Positions 1 to 12,094 are shown, numbered from the stretch's first letter. The stretch is DNA of 64,000 nucleotides from an uncultured Gemmatimonadaceae bacterium (GCA_963829055.1 CAWHHI010000008.1:256001-320000), one strand, 5' to 3'. Program-made: numbers and translations. Notes: a model not told the origin generated them from the letters alone.

Positions 1-1359
1 GGCGCGGTCGCGCTCACGATCGTCGTCGTTGCGCTCGTCGCGCATGCCCTCGTGCCGGGCATGTCGTGGGCGGCCGCGATCGCGTTAGGCGCCATCGTCG
101 CTCCGCCGGACGCGGCGGCCGCCACCACGGTGCTCAAGCAGCTCCGCCCGCCGCATCGGCTGCTCGTGATTCTCGAGGGGGAGAGCCTGTTCAACGACGC
201 GAGCGCGCTGCTCGTCTACCGCCTCGCGGTCGGCGCGACGGTCACCGGCTTTCTGTCGGGGTGGAGCGTGATACCGACGCTGCTCGTGGTCACCCTCGGC
301 AGCGTCGTGCTCGCGCTCGTGCTCGCGCGGGTCACGATCATGATCAACTCGCGCATCCATGACGTCGCGACGGCGGTCGTGTTCCAGTTCTGCGGGACGT
401 TCCTGGTGTGGATTCTCGCCGAACGGCTGCACCTCTCGGGCATCATCACGATGGTGGTCTACGCGATGCTGGCGGCGCGCCTCGCGTCGGAGGCGATCCC
501 TGCGCGCATCCGCATCCCATCATACGCCGTGTGGGAAGTCGCGGTGTTCGTGCTGAACGTGCTCGCGTTCATCCTCGTGGGCTTCCAGCTCAAGTCGATC
601 TCCGAGCGAGTGACCGGTTCCACCGGGGCGCGTTATGCAGCCGTAGCGGCGGCAGTGTGCGTCGCGGTCATTCTCGCGCGCATCGCGTGGGTGAGCGGCG
701 CGGCGGCGTTCAGTCGATGGCGCTGCCGTCCGCGTACCGACGGTGCGCCCGGCCCGCGCGACGCCGTCGCGCTGACGGGCCCGGGCGCTGCCGTGGTCGG
801 GTGGTGCGGCATGCGCGGCACCGTCACGCTAGCCGCGGCGCTCGCGCTCCCAACCAATTTCCCGTTCCGCGACCTGATCCTCACGACGGCATTCGGCGTC
901 ACGCTCGGAACGCTCGTCCTTCAAGGACTGACACTTCGGCCGCTTCTGCTCCGCCTGCGGCTCGAGGACGATGGATCGGTCGAGCGCGAGGTGAGCGTCG
1001 CTCGGGTCGAGTCGCTGCGAGCGGCGCTGGCGGCCGCTGCCACGTGCCCTGGTGCTGAAACCGCGGAGCTCGTGCGACATCGGTACGAGCTCGAGCTTCG
1101 CCGCGCCGAAGAAGATCTCGCCGATTTCAACGCGGACGCAGATGGCGATGCGGCTGCCGAGACAGCAGGAGTGTCGGTGTCGGCCCGCTCCAACGGTCGG
1201 GATGGCGACGCCGCGGTCGTTCAGGCTGCGACCGAGGCGCAGCGCCGGCGGCTCGTGGCGCTACGCGCCGACGGCACAATCGGCGACGCCGCGTTTCAAC
1301 GCGTCGAGGAGGAGCTCGACCGGGCAGAGCTCGATTGGGCGCAGTTCGTCCGCTCGTGA
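1..1359 (+). CDS. Na+/H+ antiporter, CPA1/NhaP family (5' end outside window)
   Basis: Frame open from base 1; many TM segments; motifs LEGESLFNDA and WCGMRGTVTLA. Confidence 0.9.
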   Translation, partial: GAVALTIVVVALVAHALVPGMSWAAAIALGAIVAPPDAAAATTVLKQLRPPHRLLVILEGESLFNDASALLVYRLAVGATVTGFLSGWSVIPTLLVVTLGSVVLALVLARVTIMINSRIHDVATAVVFQFCGTFLVWILAERLHLSGIITMVVYAMLAARLASEAIPARIRIPSYAVWEVAVFVLNVLAFILVGFQLKSISERVTGSTGARYAAVAAAVCVAVILARIAWVSGAAAFSRWRCRPRTDGAPGPRDAVALTGPGAAVVGWCGMRGTVTLAAALALPTNFPFRDLILTTAFGVTLGTLVLQGLTLRPLLLRLRLEDDGSVEREVSVARVESLRAALAAAATCPGAETAELVRHRYELELRRAEEDLADFNADADGDAAAETAGVSVSARSNGRDGDAAVVQAATEAQRRRLVALRADGTIGDAAFQRVEEELDRAELDWAQFVRS

Positions 1360-1442
1360 GCGCGAGAGCGAGAACCGTGTGTCGCGGTGCTGCTGTTCGA
1401 GTCACCCGCGTATCGGGTGACTCGAACAGCAGCACAACGATT

Positions 1443-4104
1443 TCAGCGAAGCACGGTGATCGGATCGACTCGCGTCGCACGGCGTACCGGCACGAGCAAC
1501 GCCACCCCCGCGCAAATGAGCAGGGTCAGCACCGCGACGCCGATGGCGATCGGGTCGAACTGCGGCACACCGTAGAGTTGCGTGCGGAGCAGTTTGGACG
1601 CGAACACCACGCCGAACGTGCCAACGCCAAGACCGATCGCCATCCAGACCCCGCCCTGCCGCAGCACGAGGCCGGCGATCGCGCCGCGAGTCGAGCCCAG
1701 CGCGATGCGAACGCCGAACTCGCGCTCGCGCGCCGACGCCATGCTGGCGAACATCGCGTAGACGCCCACCGACGCGAGCAGTAGCGCGAGTGCGCCGAAC
1801 GACGTCATCAACACCACCGGCAGTCGTCGCGACGCGAACCCCTCGTCCATCACGGCGCGCATCGTGGCCACGCGGTGCATCGGAAGCGCAGGGTCGATCG
1901 CGCCGAGCGCACGTCGCACGGTGTTGACCAGCGCGAGCGGATCCCCGGCGGTGCGAACCATGAACGTGTCACCGAACGGCTGCTGCCGGAGCGCCATGAA
2001 CATCATCGGCTCCGGGAGAAGGTGGGTGGGGTCGTTGCGCACGTTACCGACGACGCCAACCACGGTGATCCACGGCGCGCTCGGGTCGGGTGGCCCGATA
2101 TGAATACGCGCGCCGACAGCGTTCCCCTTCGGCCAGTAGCGCTGCGCCATGGCTTCGTTGATGACAATCACCGGTCCGACATCCGCTCGATCCGCGGTCG
2201 TGAACACGCGGCCCTGCTCGAGCGGAATTCCCAGGGTCTGGAAGTAGCCGTCCGACACGCGTTGGGTGAGGATGAACGGCACCGGCTCATCGGCCGCCCA
2301 GGGAGAATCCTGAATGAAGAGGCCATTGCTGTTTCCCACGGTGGTCGGAAGCTCGGTCGTGATCGCAACGCCGGTGACGCCGGGAAGCGCGCGGAGGCGC
2401 TCCTCGAACTGATCGTGAAAGCGCACCTGCGACTCGGCGGTGCCGTATTTTGCGTTAGGCAGCTGCACGGTGAACGTGAGGAGCCTGTCGGCGTTGAAGC
2501 CCACTGGGGCGGTCGTCATCGCCCACAGACTGCGGACGAGCAGGCCGGCGCCGGCCAGCAGACTGACGCAGAGCGCGATCTGCCCGGCGACGAGCAGACC
2601 TCGCGTCCGCCGAGTGTGGGTGCTCTCGCTGGAACCGCGCGTCTGCTCGCGGAGCGTGCTCTGTGGATCGGATCGTCCGACGGAGAGCGCCGGCCCGACG
2701 CCGAACGCGAGACCCGTCGCGAGGGCGAGCGCGAACGTGACGAGCACCGCACCGACGTCGAGCGAGAGGTCGGCATAGGTGGGAAGCGCGGTGAGAGCGA
2801 GGCCGCGGAGGAGACTCAATCCACCCATGGCCAAGCCCAAGCCAGCGGCGCCGCCAGCGAGAGCGAGGAGCACGCTCTCGGTCAGTAGTTGTCGAACGAG
2901 CCGCCCGCGCCCGGCGCCGAGTGCGACGCGGACCGCGAACTCCTTTCGTCGCGAGAATGGTCCGTGACAAGAGCGCACCGGCGAGGTTCGCGCAGGTGAT
3001 GAGAAGCACCAGGCCGGCGCTGGCGAGCAGGATCAGCAGCGGCGTGCGTGTGTCGCCGACCATCGCGTCGCGCAGCGGTACGCCGGATAGCCCGATACCA
3101 AGGTTGTCCTTGGCGTACAGCCGCTCGAGCTCCGCGCCGATGCCGACGAGCTCGCGGTGCGCAGCCTCCGCCGTGACCCCCGGCTTGAGGCGGCCGACGA
3201 ATCCGAAGTTGTGCGAGCCGCGCACACTGATCGGGTCGCGCATGAAACGCGGGATGCCTAACGGGAAATAGAAGTCCGCCTCGCCTTCGGGCGGGACGAA
3301 CGATCGCGGCAGCACACCGACGACCGTGCGCGGGATGCCGTTGATGCGAATGCTGCGGCCGATGACGGCCGGGTCGCCGCTGAACATCCGCTGCCACGTG
3401 GCGTGCGGAAGCATCACGACGAACGCCGTGTCGCGAAGTCCGTCCTCATCCCGAAAGCCTGGGCCACGGACCGGCGATACGCCTAACGTGCGGAAGAACC
3501 CCGGCTCGGCCCACACGGCCTTCACGACTTGCGGAGCATCGGCCATGTACACGACGTCGCGCGGAGGCACGAACGCACCGGTCGTCGAGAACGATCGTTG
3601 CCGCTCGCGGATGTCGCTCACGGTTCCGGCGCTCAACGAACCGTTCTCGATGCTGCCGTCGCGGAAGGGCGAATAGATGCGCACCAGGCGCCCCGGATCC
3701 GAATACGGCAGCGCGTTGAGCAGCACCGATTTCACCACGCCGAACACGGCCGCATTGGCGCCGATGCCGAGAGCCAAGGTCACGATGGCCAGCAGCGAGA
3801 AGATGGGAGCCCGAAAAGCTGCACGAACGGCGAACCGGAGGTCTTGCCGCAGATCGTCGAGCCAGTCGCGACGCGCCTCGGCTTTGCGGTCCGCGGTGAG
3901 CAGCTGCGCGCACTCCTCACGGACGCCGTCGACGTCGCCGAAGCGCTCGAGCGCGGCGCGACGGGCCGCCTCCGGGCTCATACCGCGATTGATATTCTCC
4001 TGGATGCGACGCTCCAGATGGAAGCCGAGCTCGTCGTCCACTTCCGCCTGGGGTTTTGGGGGCACGAACGGGATACCGCGCCCGCGTTCGAATCGATCGC
4101 TCAT
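1443..4104 (-). CDS. ADOP-type duplicated ABC (MacB/FtsX-like) permease; one frameshift near 2950-2960
   Basis: Joined ORFs 2455..4278 (from MSDRFERG) and 1443..2978; motifs TLALGIGAN, LLITCANLA, REFGVRIALG, PVRRATRVDP. Confidence 0.9.
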
Positions 4105-4106
4105 CG

Positions 4107-4460
4107 TTACCTCGCCCAGCTGGGGGCCACAGTGCTCGTGACCGCCTGGTTCACGGCGGCAGCGAAGCGCTGCCACCCCAATGTTTGCTCGCGAAATTGC
4201 CGCCGCCCTTCGGCGGTCAGGTGGTAGAACTTGGCTCGACGGTTGTTCTCCGAGACGCCCCACTCGGGCTTGATCCACCCTTTGCGCGCCATGCGGTACA
4301 GCGCGGGATAGAGTGATCCTTCCTCGACGCGGAGCACGTCGCTGGTGGCGCTCTCGATCCAGCTCGCGATTCCGTAGCCGTGCATGGGTCCCCAGGACAG
4401 GGTCTTGAGGACGAGCAGCTCAACCGTGCCTTGCAGCAGTCCGGATTCCTTATCGAACAC
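4107..4460 (-). CDS. PadR family transcriptional regulator (acidobacterial type)
   Basis: LLQGTVELLVLKTL, HGYGIA, EEGSLYPALYRM, SENNRRAKFY; directly upstream of the ADOP permease. Confidence 0.95.
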   Translation of the reverse strand: MFDKESGLLQGTVELLVLKTLSWGPMHGYGIASWIESATSDVLRVEEGSLYPALYRMARKGWIKPEWGVSENNRRAKFYHLTAEGRRQFREQTLGWQRFAAAVNQAVTSTVAPSWAR

Positions 4461-4523
4461 ACCGCCCCCGTGTTTGAATGGCTGTGCCGGGAACGGCTGC
4501 GTCAGTCAGCCGTTCCTATACCA

Positions 4524-4578
4524 GTCTAAGGGAATCTGACATCTGACCCTTAGACGCGCCGAGGGTGCAAAAGGTTGG
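4524..4578 (-). promoter_or_regulatory. Candidate PadR operator overlapping an ECF-type promoter upstream of padR
   Basis: Perfect 9-bp inverted repeat GTCTAAGGG (4524-4532) / CCCTTAGAC (4547-4555); minus strand reads AAC-N17-CGTCTA. Confidence 0.45.
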
Positions 4579-4590
4579 TAGCAGCCGCGA

Positions 4591-5730
4591 CTAGCGCGAG
4601 ATCGAGCGCTGGAGCAACTCGAGGATGTCCGATTGTTCACCCGCGGGGAGCACGCAGTCAGCGGGACGCATGCGCCAGAGTGTCTCCGCGAGGCTGAGCT
4701 TCCGTTCCGTGACCGCAGTGAGGTCGCCTCGCGGCTTCGGCGCGGCGCGCTCCGCACGCGCCGAGTCCAGAACCGCTACGTCCGCGGCCACGGTGTCAGC
4801 CGCCGCACACGCGCCGAGCGCGACGAGCGTGCGTTCGAGCAGCGCCTGGCTCCGCGTTAGGCGTGCCGCATCACTCAGCCCGCGGCCGGTCGGGTCGAGT
4901 GCGAGCACGGAGTCGATCACCCGCAGCCTCCGGACGATCGTACTGTCCGACGGCCGCGCGCGCACCGCACTTCGAAACGCCGCGCGCCCTGCCTGAAATT
5001 GGCCGAGCGCGAGGTCAGCCTCACCCAATCCCGCGTAGGCATCCGCGTTGGACGGCGAGCGACGGAGCAGCGCGCGGTAGGCTTCCGCCGCCCTCGATGG
5101 CGAGTCGGCGCGCAGGTACAGCGGCCCGAGCCGCGCGAGCAACGCCGCGCTATCGGCGGGAGCGCTCTGTAATGGAAGCAGTTCCGCGAGCAGCTCCTCG
5201 TGCGCCTGTTGCCGCGCCAGGAGATCGATCAGCTCGAAGCGCGCCGCCGTTCGCTGAGCGATGCTGTCGCTTCCCCATCTGCCGTAGATGGCCCAATGAT
5301 AGAACGCCTTCGCGTCGCTCGTCCGCGCAGTGCTCGCGAGCAGACGAGCCATCGTTAGGTTCACCGCGCCATCGTTCCGGGCCCGATCGAGGAGCCGGTT
5401 GAGGATCTCTTCCGCATCGGCCGCCTTTCCATTCGCGAGGAGTGCCTGGGCGAGCGCGAGCCCGTAGCCGACGTTGTCGCGCTCGAGCGTGGTCGCGGTC
5501 GCGAGACGGTCCGCTGCATCGCCGGGCCGGCCGGCCGCGAGCAGCGCTCGGCCCTCGGCGAACGCGTTCGCCGCCTGCCGCCGCCTCTCCTCGCGATCGA
5601 TGCGCGCCAGGGCGAGGTCGAGGACGAGCAGCCCGACAATGAGGCCGAGTATCGCGGCGAATGTGCCGAGAAAGACGCCGGTGCTCGCCAGCGGCCTTCC
5701 GACCGGCGGCGCGGGCGCAGCGTCAGTCAT
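4591..5730 (-). CDS. Membrane-anchored tetratricopeptide-repeat protein
   Basis: N-terminal TM helix followed by Ala/Leu-rich TPR-like repeats; overlaps the ClC stop codon. Confidence 0.75.
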   Translation of the reverse strand: MTDAAPAPPVGRPLASTGVFLGTFAAILGLIVGLLVLDLALARIDREERRRQAANAFAEGRALLAAGRPGDAADRLATATTLERDNVGYGLALAQALLANGKAADAEEILNRLLDRARNDGAVNLTMARLLASTARTSDAKAFYHWAIYGRWGSDSIAQRTAARFELIDLLARQQAHEELLAELLPLQSAPADSAALLARLGPLYLRADSPSRAAEAYRALLRRSPSNADAYAGLGEADLALGQFQAGRAAFRSAVRARPSDSTIVRRLRVIDSVLALDPTGRGLSDAARLTRSQALLERTLVALGACAAADTVAADVAVLDSARAERAAPKPRGDLTAVTERKLSLAETLWRMRPADCVLPAGEQSDILELLQRSISR

Positions 5731-7536
5731 CGGACGCCTCTACAGCCGCGATCTCGTCCGCGCGCTCCACGCCGTATGCGGTGAGGACGTCGTCGAGCGT
5801 CACGACGCCGAGCAGCAGACGTACGTTGGCGCGACTGACGACAGGCAGCACGCTGTGATGAGTCTCGCCCATCCGCGCGAGCGCGTGCCCGAGCGGCTGA
5901 TCACCATGCACGTGCGCGAAACGCAGCGGCTCGCGTCGTGACCGGCCCTCTCGCTCGGCCACTGCCGCGAGTAGCGCACCGATGGTCTCGTCGGCTGCGC
6001 CGGATGCTGCACGCTTCTCCATATCGGAGACTCGCACCATCCCGAGAAAGCCGTCGCCGTCAGCGACGGGCCACGACCGGAGTGCGCTGCCCGCCACGCG
6101 GTCCAGCGCATGGCGAAGCTGCAGATCGGGCGTCAGGGGCTCTGGCGATTCGCGAATGGCCTCGTTCACGCGCAACCGGCCTGCATGCTGGCGCGACTCC
6201 CCGGTCGGCAGATGCAGCCCGTCCTGTCGCGCGAGCGCCTCGTAGAGCGGCTCGCGCTGCAGACGCTGCGAGATGTAGAACGCGATCAGGTTCGAGATCA
6301 TGAGCGGAACGATGATCGTGTAGTCCCGCGTCACCTCGAAGATCATGATGACCGACGTGAGCGGCGTGCGGATGATTCCCGCGAAGGCGGTCCCCATGCC
6401 GACGAGCGCGTAGGCACCGGGACCCGCAGTGCTCGCGGGGAGGAGGCCGTGCGCGACCGCTCCGACCGCCGCACCCATCATCGCGCCCATGAACATGCTC
6501 GGCCCGAAGACGCCACCGGCATTCCCGGACGCGTAGCACACGGCCGTCGCGATGATCTTGAGCACGGCGAGCAGCACGACGGTGCGCAACACGAGGTCGC
6601 CGCCTAGCACGCGATCGACCTGGTCGTAGCCGACGCCGAGTACCGCAGGCACGAAGTAGCCGAGGAGGCCAACCAGTAGACCGCCGACGGTCGGATACCA
6701 CCACACACCCGTGCGTGGAAGGAGGGCGAACCGTCGGCGGAGAAAGAGCAGGAGCTTGACGAAGCCGACCGACCCAAGCCCTCCGACGATCCCGAGCGCG
6801 CCGTACACGATGAGCTCCGTGGCGCTCACCAGCCGATACGGCGTCACGTGGAACAGCGGCTCGTCGCCGAGCACGAGATGGAGAACCATCCATGCCGTCG
6901 TCGAGCTGAGCACGATCGAGCCGAGGATGGGCGCATGCAGGTCGCCCATGATCTCCTCGAGCGAGAACAACACGGCCGCGATCGGCGTGTTGAACGCCGC
7001 CGCGAGCGCCGCGGCTCCGCCCACCGGGACGAGCCATCGCACCTGCGCCTGACTCATGCCGAGTCGTCGTCGCGATGACCGACGCGATGCCCGAGCCGAT
7101 GTGCACCGACGGGCCTTCGCGGCCGAGCGCGATACCGCTCGCGAGCGAGGTCGCGCAGCACACGAACTTGCCGACGACCGTGTGCAGCGTGATGCGTCCG
7201 TCGTGGATGAAGATTGCGGCGCGCGTCTGAGGAATCCCGCTCCCGCGCGCCTCAGGAAAGAAGCGATACAGGAGGATCCCACTCACCAGCGCCCCGAGCA
7301 CCGGAACGACGACGCGGCGCCAGCCTGCGGCGCCCGCCGGGTACATGTGCGCGGCGAGGCGTCCCGTGAGCAAAACGAACGCGACGACGACGAGGCCGAC
7401 GAGCGCGCCGATCACGAGGCTCAGTAACGAGCGCCAGCCGATCCTCGCGTCGCCGCAGGTCCTCGACGAGCGAGGCGAGGCGTTCGAGTGCCGCGGCGAT
7501 CGCGCTGCGTGTTTCCGGTAGCGTGGGTGCGGTCAC
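5723..7536 (-). CDS. ClC chloride channel / Cl-H+ antiporter with C-terminal CBS domains (frameshifted)
   Basis: ClC signatures GSGIP, GREGP, GGVFGP and AFNTP spread over ORFs 7252..7536, 6060..7415 and 5723..7282. Confidence 0.9.
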
Positions 7537-7727
7537 CGCGAATTCAGTGCGTCAACGAGCGGCAATCGTCGCGCGGCACCTGACGCGATGGCGTCACGCG
7601 ACAGCACGTATCGCATAATGGCCGCCAGACAGACGCTCGAGCCCGCAGAATCGACCGCGGCGCCGACTTTGCGCTTCTGCGGCGGAGTGACCCTCGACAC
7701 CCCGCCCCCTGCCTCGACTCTTCCCGT

Positions 7728-9599
7728 ATGCCATCACCGATAGAGCATTACGCGCTCATTGGCGATTGTGAGACCGCTGCCCTCGTCTCTCGCAACGGCT
7801 CCATCGACTGGCTCTGCTGGCCGAGGCTGGACTCTGGGGCCTGCTTCGCCGCGCTCCTTGGCGCTCCCGAGCACGGCCGCTGGCTCGTTGCGCCGGCAGA
7901 CCCGGAGCCACGCGTGCAACGCCGCTACCGAGGTGACACACTCATCCTCGAAACGTTCTTCGAGACCGACGATGGCGCAGTGACGCTCGTGGATTTCATG
8001 CCGGTCCGCGGAAGCCAGTCCGACCTCGTACGCATGATCGTCGGGCGCCGGGGACGGGTGGCAATGAGGACGGAGCTCGTGCTCCGCTTCGATTACGGAT
8101 CGACCGTGCCGTGGGTGACCACGGTCGACGACGGCTCGCCTCACGGAATGCTGCGCGCGATCGCCGGACCCGACATGGTGCTGCTGCGCTCCGACGTGCC
8201 GCTCCGCGGCGAGGGGCTCAGCACGGTCGGCGAGTTCACGGTGAGTGCCGGGGAGACGGCTACGTTCGTACTCACGTACTCGCCCTCGCACCTGCCGCCG
8301 CCCACGCCGGTGGAGCCGTTCAGTGCGCTCGCGGCCACCGAAGAGCTCTGGAACGACTGGGCCGCACGATGCACGTACCGCGGCGAGTGGCGCGACGCCG
8401 TCCTCCGGTCGCTGCTCACGCTCAAGGCGCTCACCTATCGACCCACCGGCGGAATCGCGGCTGCGCCAACGACGTCTCTCCCCGAGCAGCTCGGAGGCAC
8501 GCGCAACTGGGACTACCGCTTCTGCTGGTTGCGTGACGCGACGCTCACCCTGCTCACGCTGATGGACGCCGGCTACTACGACGAGGCGGCCGCGTGGCGC
8601 GACTGGCTGCTGCGCGCGGCGGCGGGGAGTCCCAATCAGCTGCAGATCATGTACGGACTGTCCGGCGAGCGCCACCTGCGCGAGTGGACGGTTCCATGGC
8701 TTCCGGGTTACGAGAACTCAGGACCGGTGCGCGTCGGCAACGCCGCGCACGGCCAGATGCAGATCGATGTCTACGGCGAGGTTCTCGATGCGTTGTTCCA
8801 GGCGCAACGCGGCGGGCTCCCCGGCAGCGAAGAGGCCTGGCGGCTGACGAGCGCGCTGGTCTGCCACCTGGAAACGATCTGGCAGTGTCATGACAGTGGG
8901 CTATGGGAAGTCCGCGGGGAACCGCGTGACTTCACCCATTCGAAGGTCATGGCGTGGGTCGCGCTCGACCGCGCCATCCGGACGGCGACGGAGTTCGGAC
9001 ATCCCGCCCCGATCGACGCATGGCGCGTGACACGGCAGCGCATCCATGACGAAGTCTGTGCCCGCGGATTCGACCCTCGACTCGACAGCTTCGTTCAGTC
9101 GTACGGCTCGACGCAGCTCGACGCGAGTCTGCTGCTGATCCCACTCGTCGGATTTCTCCCCGCGGACGACCCGCGTGTGTGCGGCACCGTCGCTGCCGTG
9201 GAGCGACGGCTCATGGCCGATGGGCTGGTCCAGCGCTACGACACGAGCGCCACCGATGACGGGCTGCCACCGGGCGAAGGGGCTTTTCTCGCTTGCAGCT
9301 TCTGGCTCGCGGATAACTACGCGCTGACCGGGCGGGCCAACGACGCCCGCACGCTGTTCGAGCGTCTGCTCGCGCTGCGAAACGATGTCGGTCTGCTCGC
9401 AGAGGAGTACGACCCGCGCACCAAGCGGCTGGTCGGCAACTTCCCGCAGGCGTTCTCGCACGTGGGGCTCGTCGACACGGCGTTCAACCTGTCCCGCGGC
9501 GTGCCGGTCAGGCAACGGCCGGCAGCGCAACGCGCCGACGGAAGTGACGGCGAGAGGAGTGTGCAAGAGCGGGAGCGGAGCACCTCTCCCAAGCGCTGA
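7728..9599 (+). CDS. Glycoside hydrolase family 15 (trehalase/glucoamylase-like)
   Basis: IEHYALIGDC, RNWDYRFCWLRD, GLWEVR, GLLAEE, GNFPQAFSH. Confidence 0.93.
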   Translation: MPSPIEHYALIGDCETAALVSRNGSIDWLCWPRLDSGACFAALLGAPEHGRWLVAPADPEPRVQRRYRGDTLILETFFETDDGAVTLVDFMPVRGSQSDLVRMIVGRRGRVAMRTELVLRFDYGSTVPWVTTVDDGSPHGMLRAIAGPDMVLLRSDVPLRGEGLSTVGEFTVSAGETATFVLTYSPSHLPPPTPVEPFSALAATEELWNDWAARCTYRGEWRDAVLRSLLTLKALTYRPTGGIAAAPTTSLPEQLGGTRNWDYRFCWLRDATLTLLTLMDAGYYDEAAAWRDWLLRAAAGSPNQLQIMYGLSGERHLREWTVPWLPGYENSGPVRVGNAAHGQMQIDVYGEVLDALFQAQRGGLPGSEEAWRLTSALVCHLETIWQCHDSGLWEVRGEPRDFTHSKVMAWVALDRAIRTATEFGHPAPIDAWRVTRQRIHDEVCARGFDPRLDSFVQSYGSTQLDASLLLIPLVGFLPADDPRVCGTVAAVERRLMADGLVQRYDTSATDDGLPPGEGAFLACSFWLADNYALTGRANDARTLFERLLALRNDVGLLAEEYDPRTKRLVGNFPQAFSHVGLVDTAFNLSRGVPVRQRPAAQRADGSDGERSVQERERSTSPKR

Positions 9600-9729
9600 C
9601 GGCGTCGGTCGCGTCGGGACGTCGCCGTATGATTTCGCGTGATGACCCATTGACTGAGCTCGCCGCGCGCGCACAGTTGTCCTCGCACGCGCTCGCAGGT
9701 GCCTCGCCTCCGTCTCCGTCCACACACCA

Positions 9730-11314
9730 ATGTCCCCGACCCGCCGCGAAGCACTCGCACAGCTCGCCGCTCTCGTCGCGCTCCCGCTCCCGGCGTGGAG
9801 CGCTGGCGCCACCGACCCACTCGACGGCACCGTCGCCGACTACCAGGCGGGGCGACGTCGGAAGAAGTGGACCGCGGCCGAGGTGACTGCCCGCGCGCTC
9901 GAACGCTGCCGCGCCGACGGTATGAAGTGGCACGCGATCGACGCGCTTTCCAACACGGCGATCGCCGATGCGCGCGCCGCCGATGACCGGCTGCGCGCCG
10001 GTCGCGTGCGCGGGCCTCTCGACGGCGTCCCCGTGTTCGCGAAGGCGATCTACGACATGAACGGGCTCCCGACCACGGGGTCGAGCGCGGAGTGGGCGCG
10101 TCTCTTCCCCGAGGCCGTGCGGCGTGACGCGCTCGAGGTGACGCGCATGCGCGCGGCAGGCGCGATCGTCCTTGGGAAAACCGCGGCCGATGACTTCGCG
10201 TATCGTGGCAATGGTACGAGCAGCCACACCGGGCAGGTGCTCAATCCGTACGATCGCACGGGCACGCGCACGCCCGGCGGCTCGAGCGCGGGCTCGGCCG
10301 TCGCCGTGGCGAGCGGGATGGCGTTCGCGGCGTTAGGCACCGACGACGGCGGGTCGAATCGCATCCCGGCGCAGTTCACCGGCGTGGTCGGAATGAAGCC
10401 GACGTTCGGGCTCGTGCCACGCACCGGCGTCATCCCGACGTGGCCGTACCTCGACACACACGGTCCGCTCGCTCGCACGGTCGCCGACGCGGCGCTGCTC
10501 CTCGCCGCCATCGCGGGGGCTGACGCATCCGACCCACTCGCGCTCACTGGCGCGTGGGACGGCGCGCCGTTGGCCAGACTGAGCGATGACGCACTCGCCG
10601 GCGTGCGCCTCGGGCTCGTCGAGGCGCACGTGCCGCGCGCGCAGATGACGCCGGAGGCGCTCGCGATGTGGGACCGCGCGTTAGGTGACCTGCGCGCCGC
10701 CGGCGCGATGGTCGAGCCCTTCGCCGCCGCGGTGACGCGCGTGAACTACCGCGACGCGTTTGCCGCCTCGGCCCGCGGCCGCAACGACGTGGCGGTGGAT
10801 GCGAACTCGCCGGCCCCCACCGCGAACGCCCTGCTCCGCTACTTCGAAGGCCGCGCCGACGACCCGCGCGCGGCAGTACGGCGCGGGTACGCCGGCGTAC
10901 CGCGCATTCTACGACGTGCTGCCCGCCACGTACGAGGAGTGCGAGCCGCTGCTCGACCGCCCGATGGCGGAAGACCCGGCAGGACGCTCGTTCGCGCGCT
11001 CGCGCGCCGAGGTGGTGGCCACACTCGCAGCGTCGATGCGCGCGGCGGGTGTCGCGGCCATGGTCTACCCGACGATGCCGTTCAACGCCCCGCGCGCCGT
11101 CGACAAGTGGCCGGACATCCGCACCGCGTTAGGCTACGGCAACTGGCTCGGCCTGCCGGAAGTGTCGGTCCCGGGCGGACTCGGCGCGGACGGAATGCCC
11201 GCGCTCAACGTGTCGATCGTCGGCCTTCCCGGTGAGGACGCCCGCGTACTCGCGTTGGCGCACGCCTACGAGCGGCACTCACGCCGTTTCGTGGCGCCGC
11301 CGCGCGCGGGGTAG
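9730..11314 (+). CDS. Amidase-signature enzyme with Tat-like signal (frameshift near 10890)
   Basis: PTRREALAQL N-terminus; GPLDGVPVFAK, GGSSAGS, GTDDGGSNRIPA; C-terminus in ORF 10760..11314. Confidence 0.88.
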
Positions 11315-11345
11315 TGCACGCGGCGGCGCTCGATCGGAGGACGCA

Positions 11346-12002
11346 TCACGCCGCGCAGCCGCTTTTCGGGACCTGATAGTCGCAGCGGCAACGTCCAGGC
11401 GCACAGCTCATCCCCGGGCGACCAGCCCGCACGCAGCGCCAGCACTGCGCGAGCGGCTCGCTCGCCTCGGGCAACCCGAGCACGCGCCCAGCGACCGCGG
11501 CACCACCGGGAAGTACGGCGCGTAACGCCGGACGTCCTGCCGCATCGAACGACAGCTCGGCGAGGGCGACGAAGCCTGCCTTCCTGATACCGGAACCCGA
11601 CGCGTGGTTCTCGGGCGCGTACGCGATCCAGAACCGTTCAGCCTCGCGCGACTCAGCGCGCACGATCGCGTCGAGCAGCCGCGGATATACGCCCAGGCCG
11701 CGGTGGGATTTCAGCGTCACGAAGTTCCAGAGATACCGCTCGCCTTCCGGGATGGGGAACGTCGTGCGCAGCTCGCCGATCTCCGCGGACCGGGTGGCGA
11801 CCCAGCCCCACGCGGCCGGCTGCCCGTTCATCTCGGCGACGTACGCACGGTGTCCGGCCTCGAAGCGCCGGGTCATCTCATCGGCGGTGCGCTCCTGCAG
11901 GGCAGCCATCACGGAGGCGCTCTCCTCCCGGCGCACCGAGAACCCGGGAAGCGACATCAACGAAGGCGTTGGATCATCACGGCGACGAGCGGCGAATGGC
12001 AT
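11346..12002 (-). CDS. GNAT N-acetyltransferase with Cys-rich C-terminal tail
   Basis: Acetyl-CoA motif HRGLGVY; ENHASGSGIRKAGF; tail CWRC..C..CRC..C. Confidence 0.75.
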   Translation of the reverse strand: MPFAARRRDDPTPSLMSLPGFSVRREESASVMAALQERTADEMTRRFEAGHRAYVAEMNGQPAAWGWVATRSAEIGELRTTFPIPEGERYLWNFVTLKSHRGLGVYPRLLDAIVRAESREAERFWIAYAPENHASGSGIRKAGFVALAELSFDAAGRPALRAVLPGGAAVAGRVLGLPEASEPLAQCWRCVRAGRPGMSCAPGRCRCDYQVPKSGCAA

Positions 12003-12094
12003 GACAGGATCCTCGGGTCGTTTCGTTAGGCAGTGAATGGCGTCGGACTGACGTGCAGCACGCTACGAACAGACTACACATCTCTGAGACTGTG

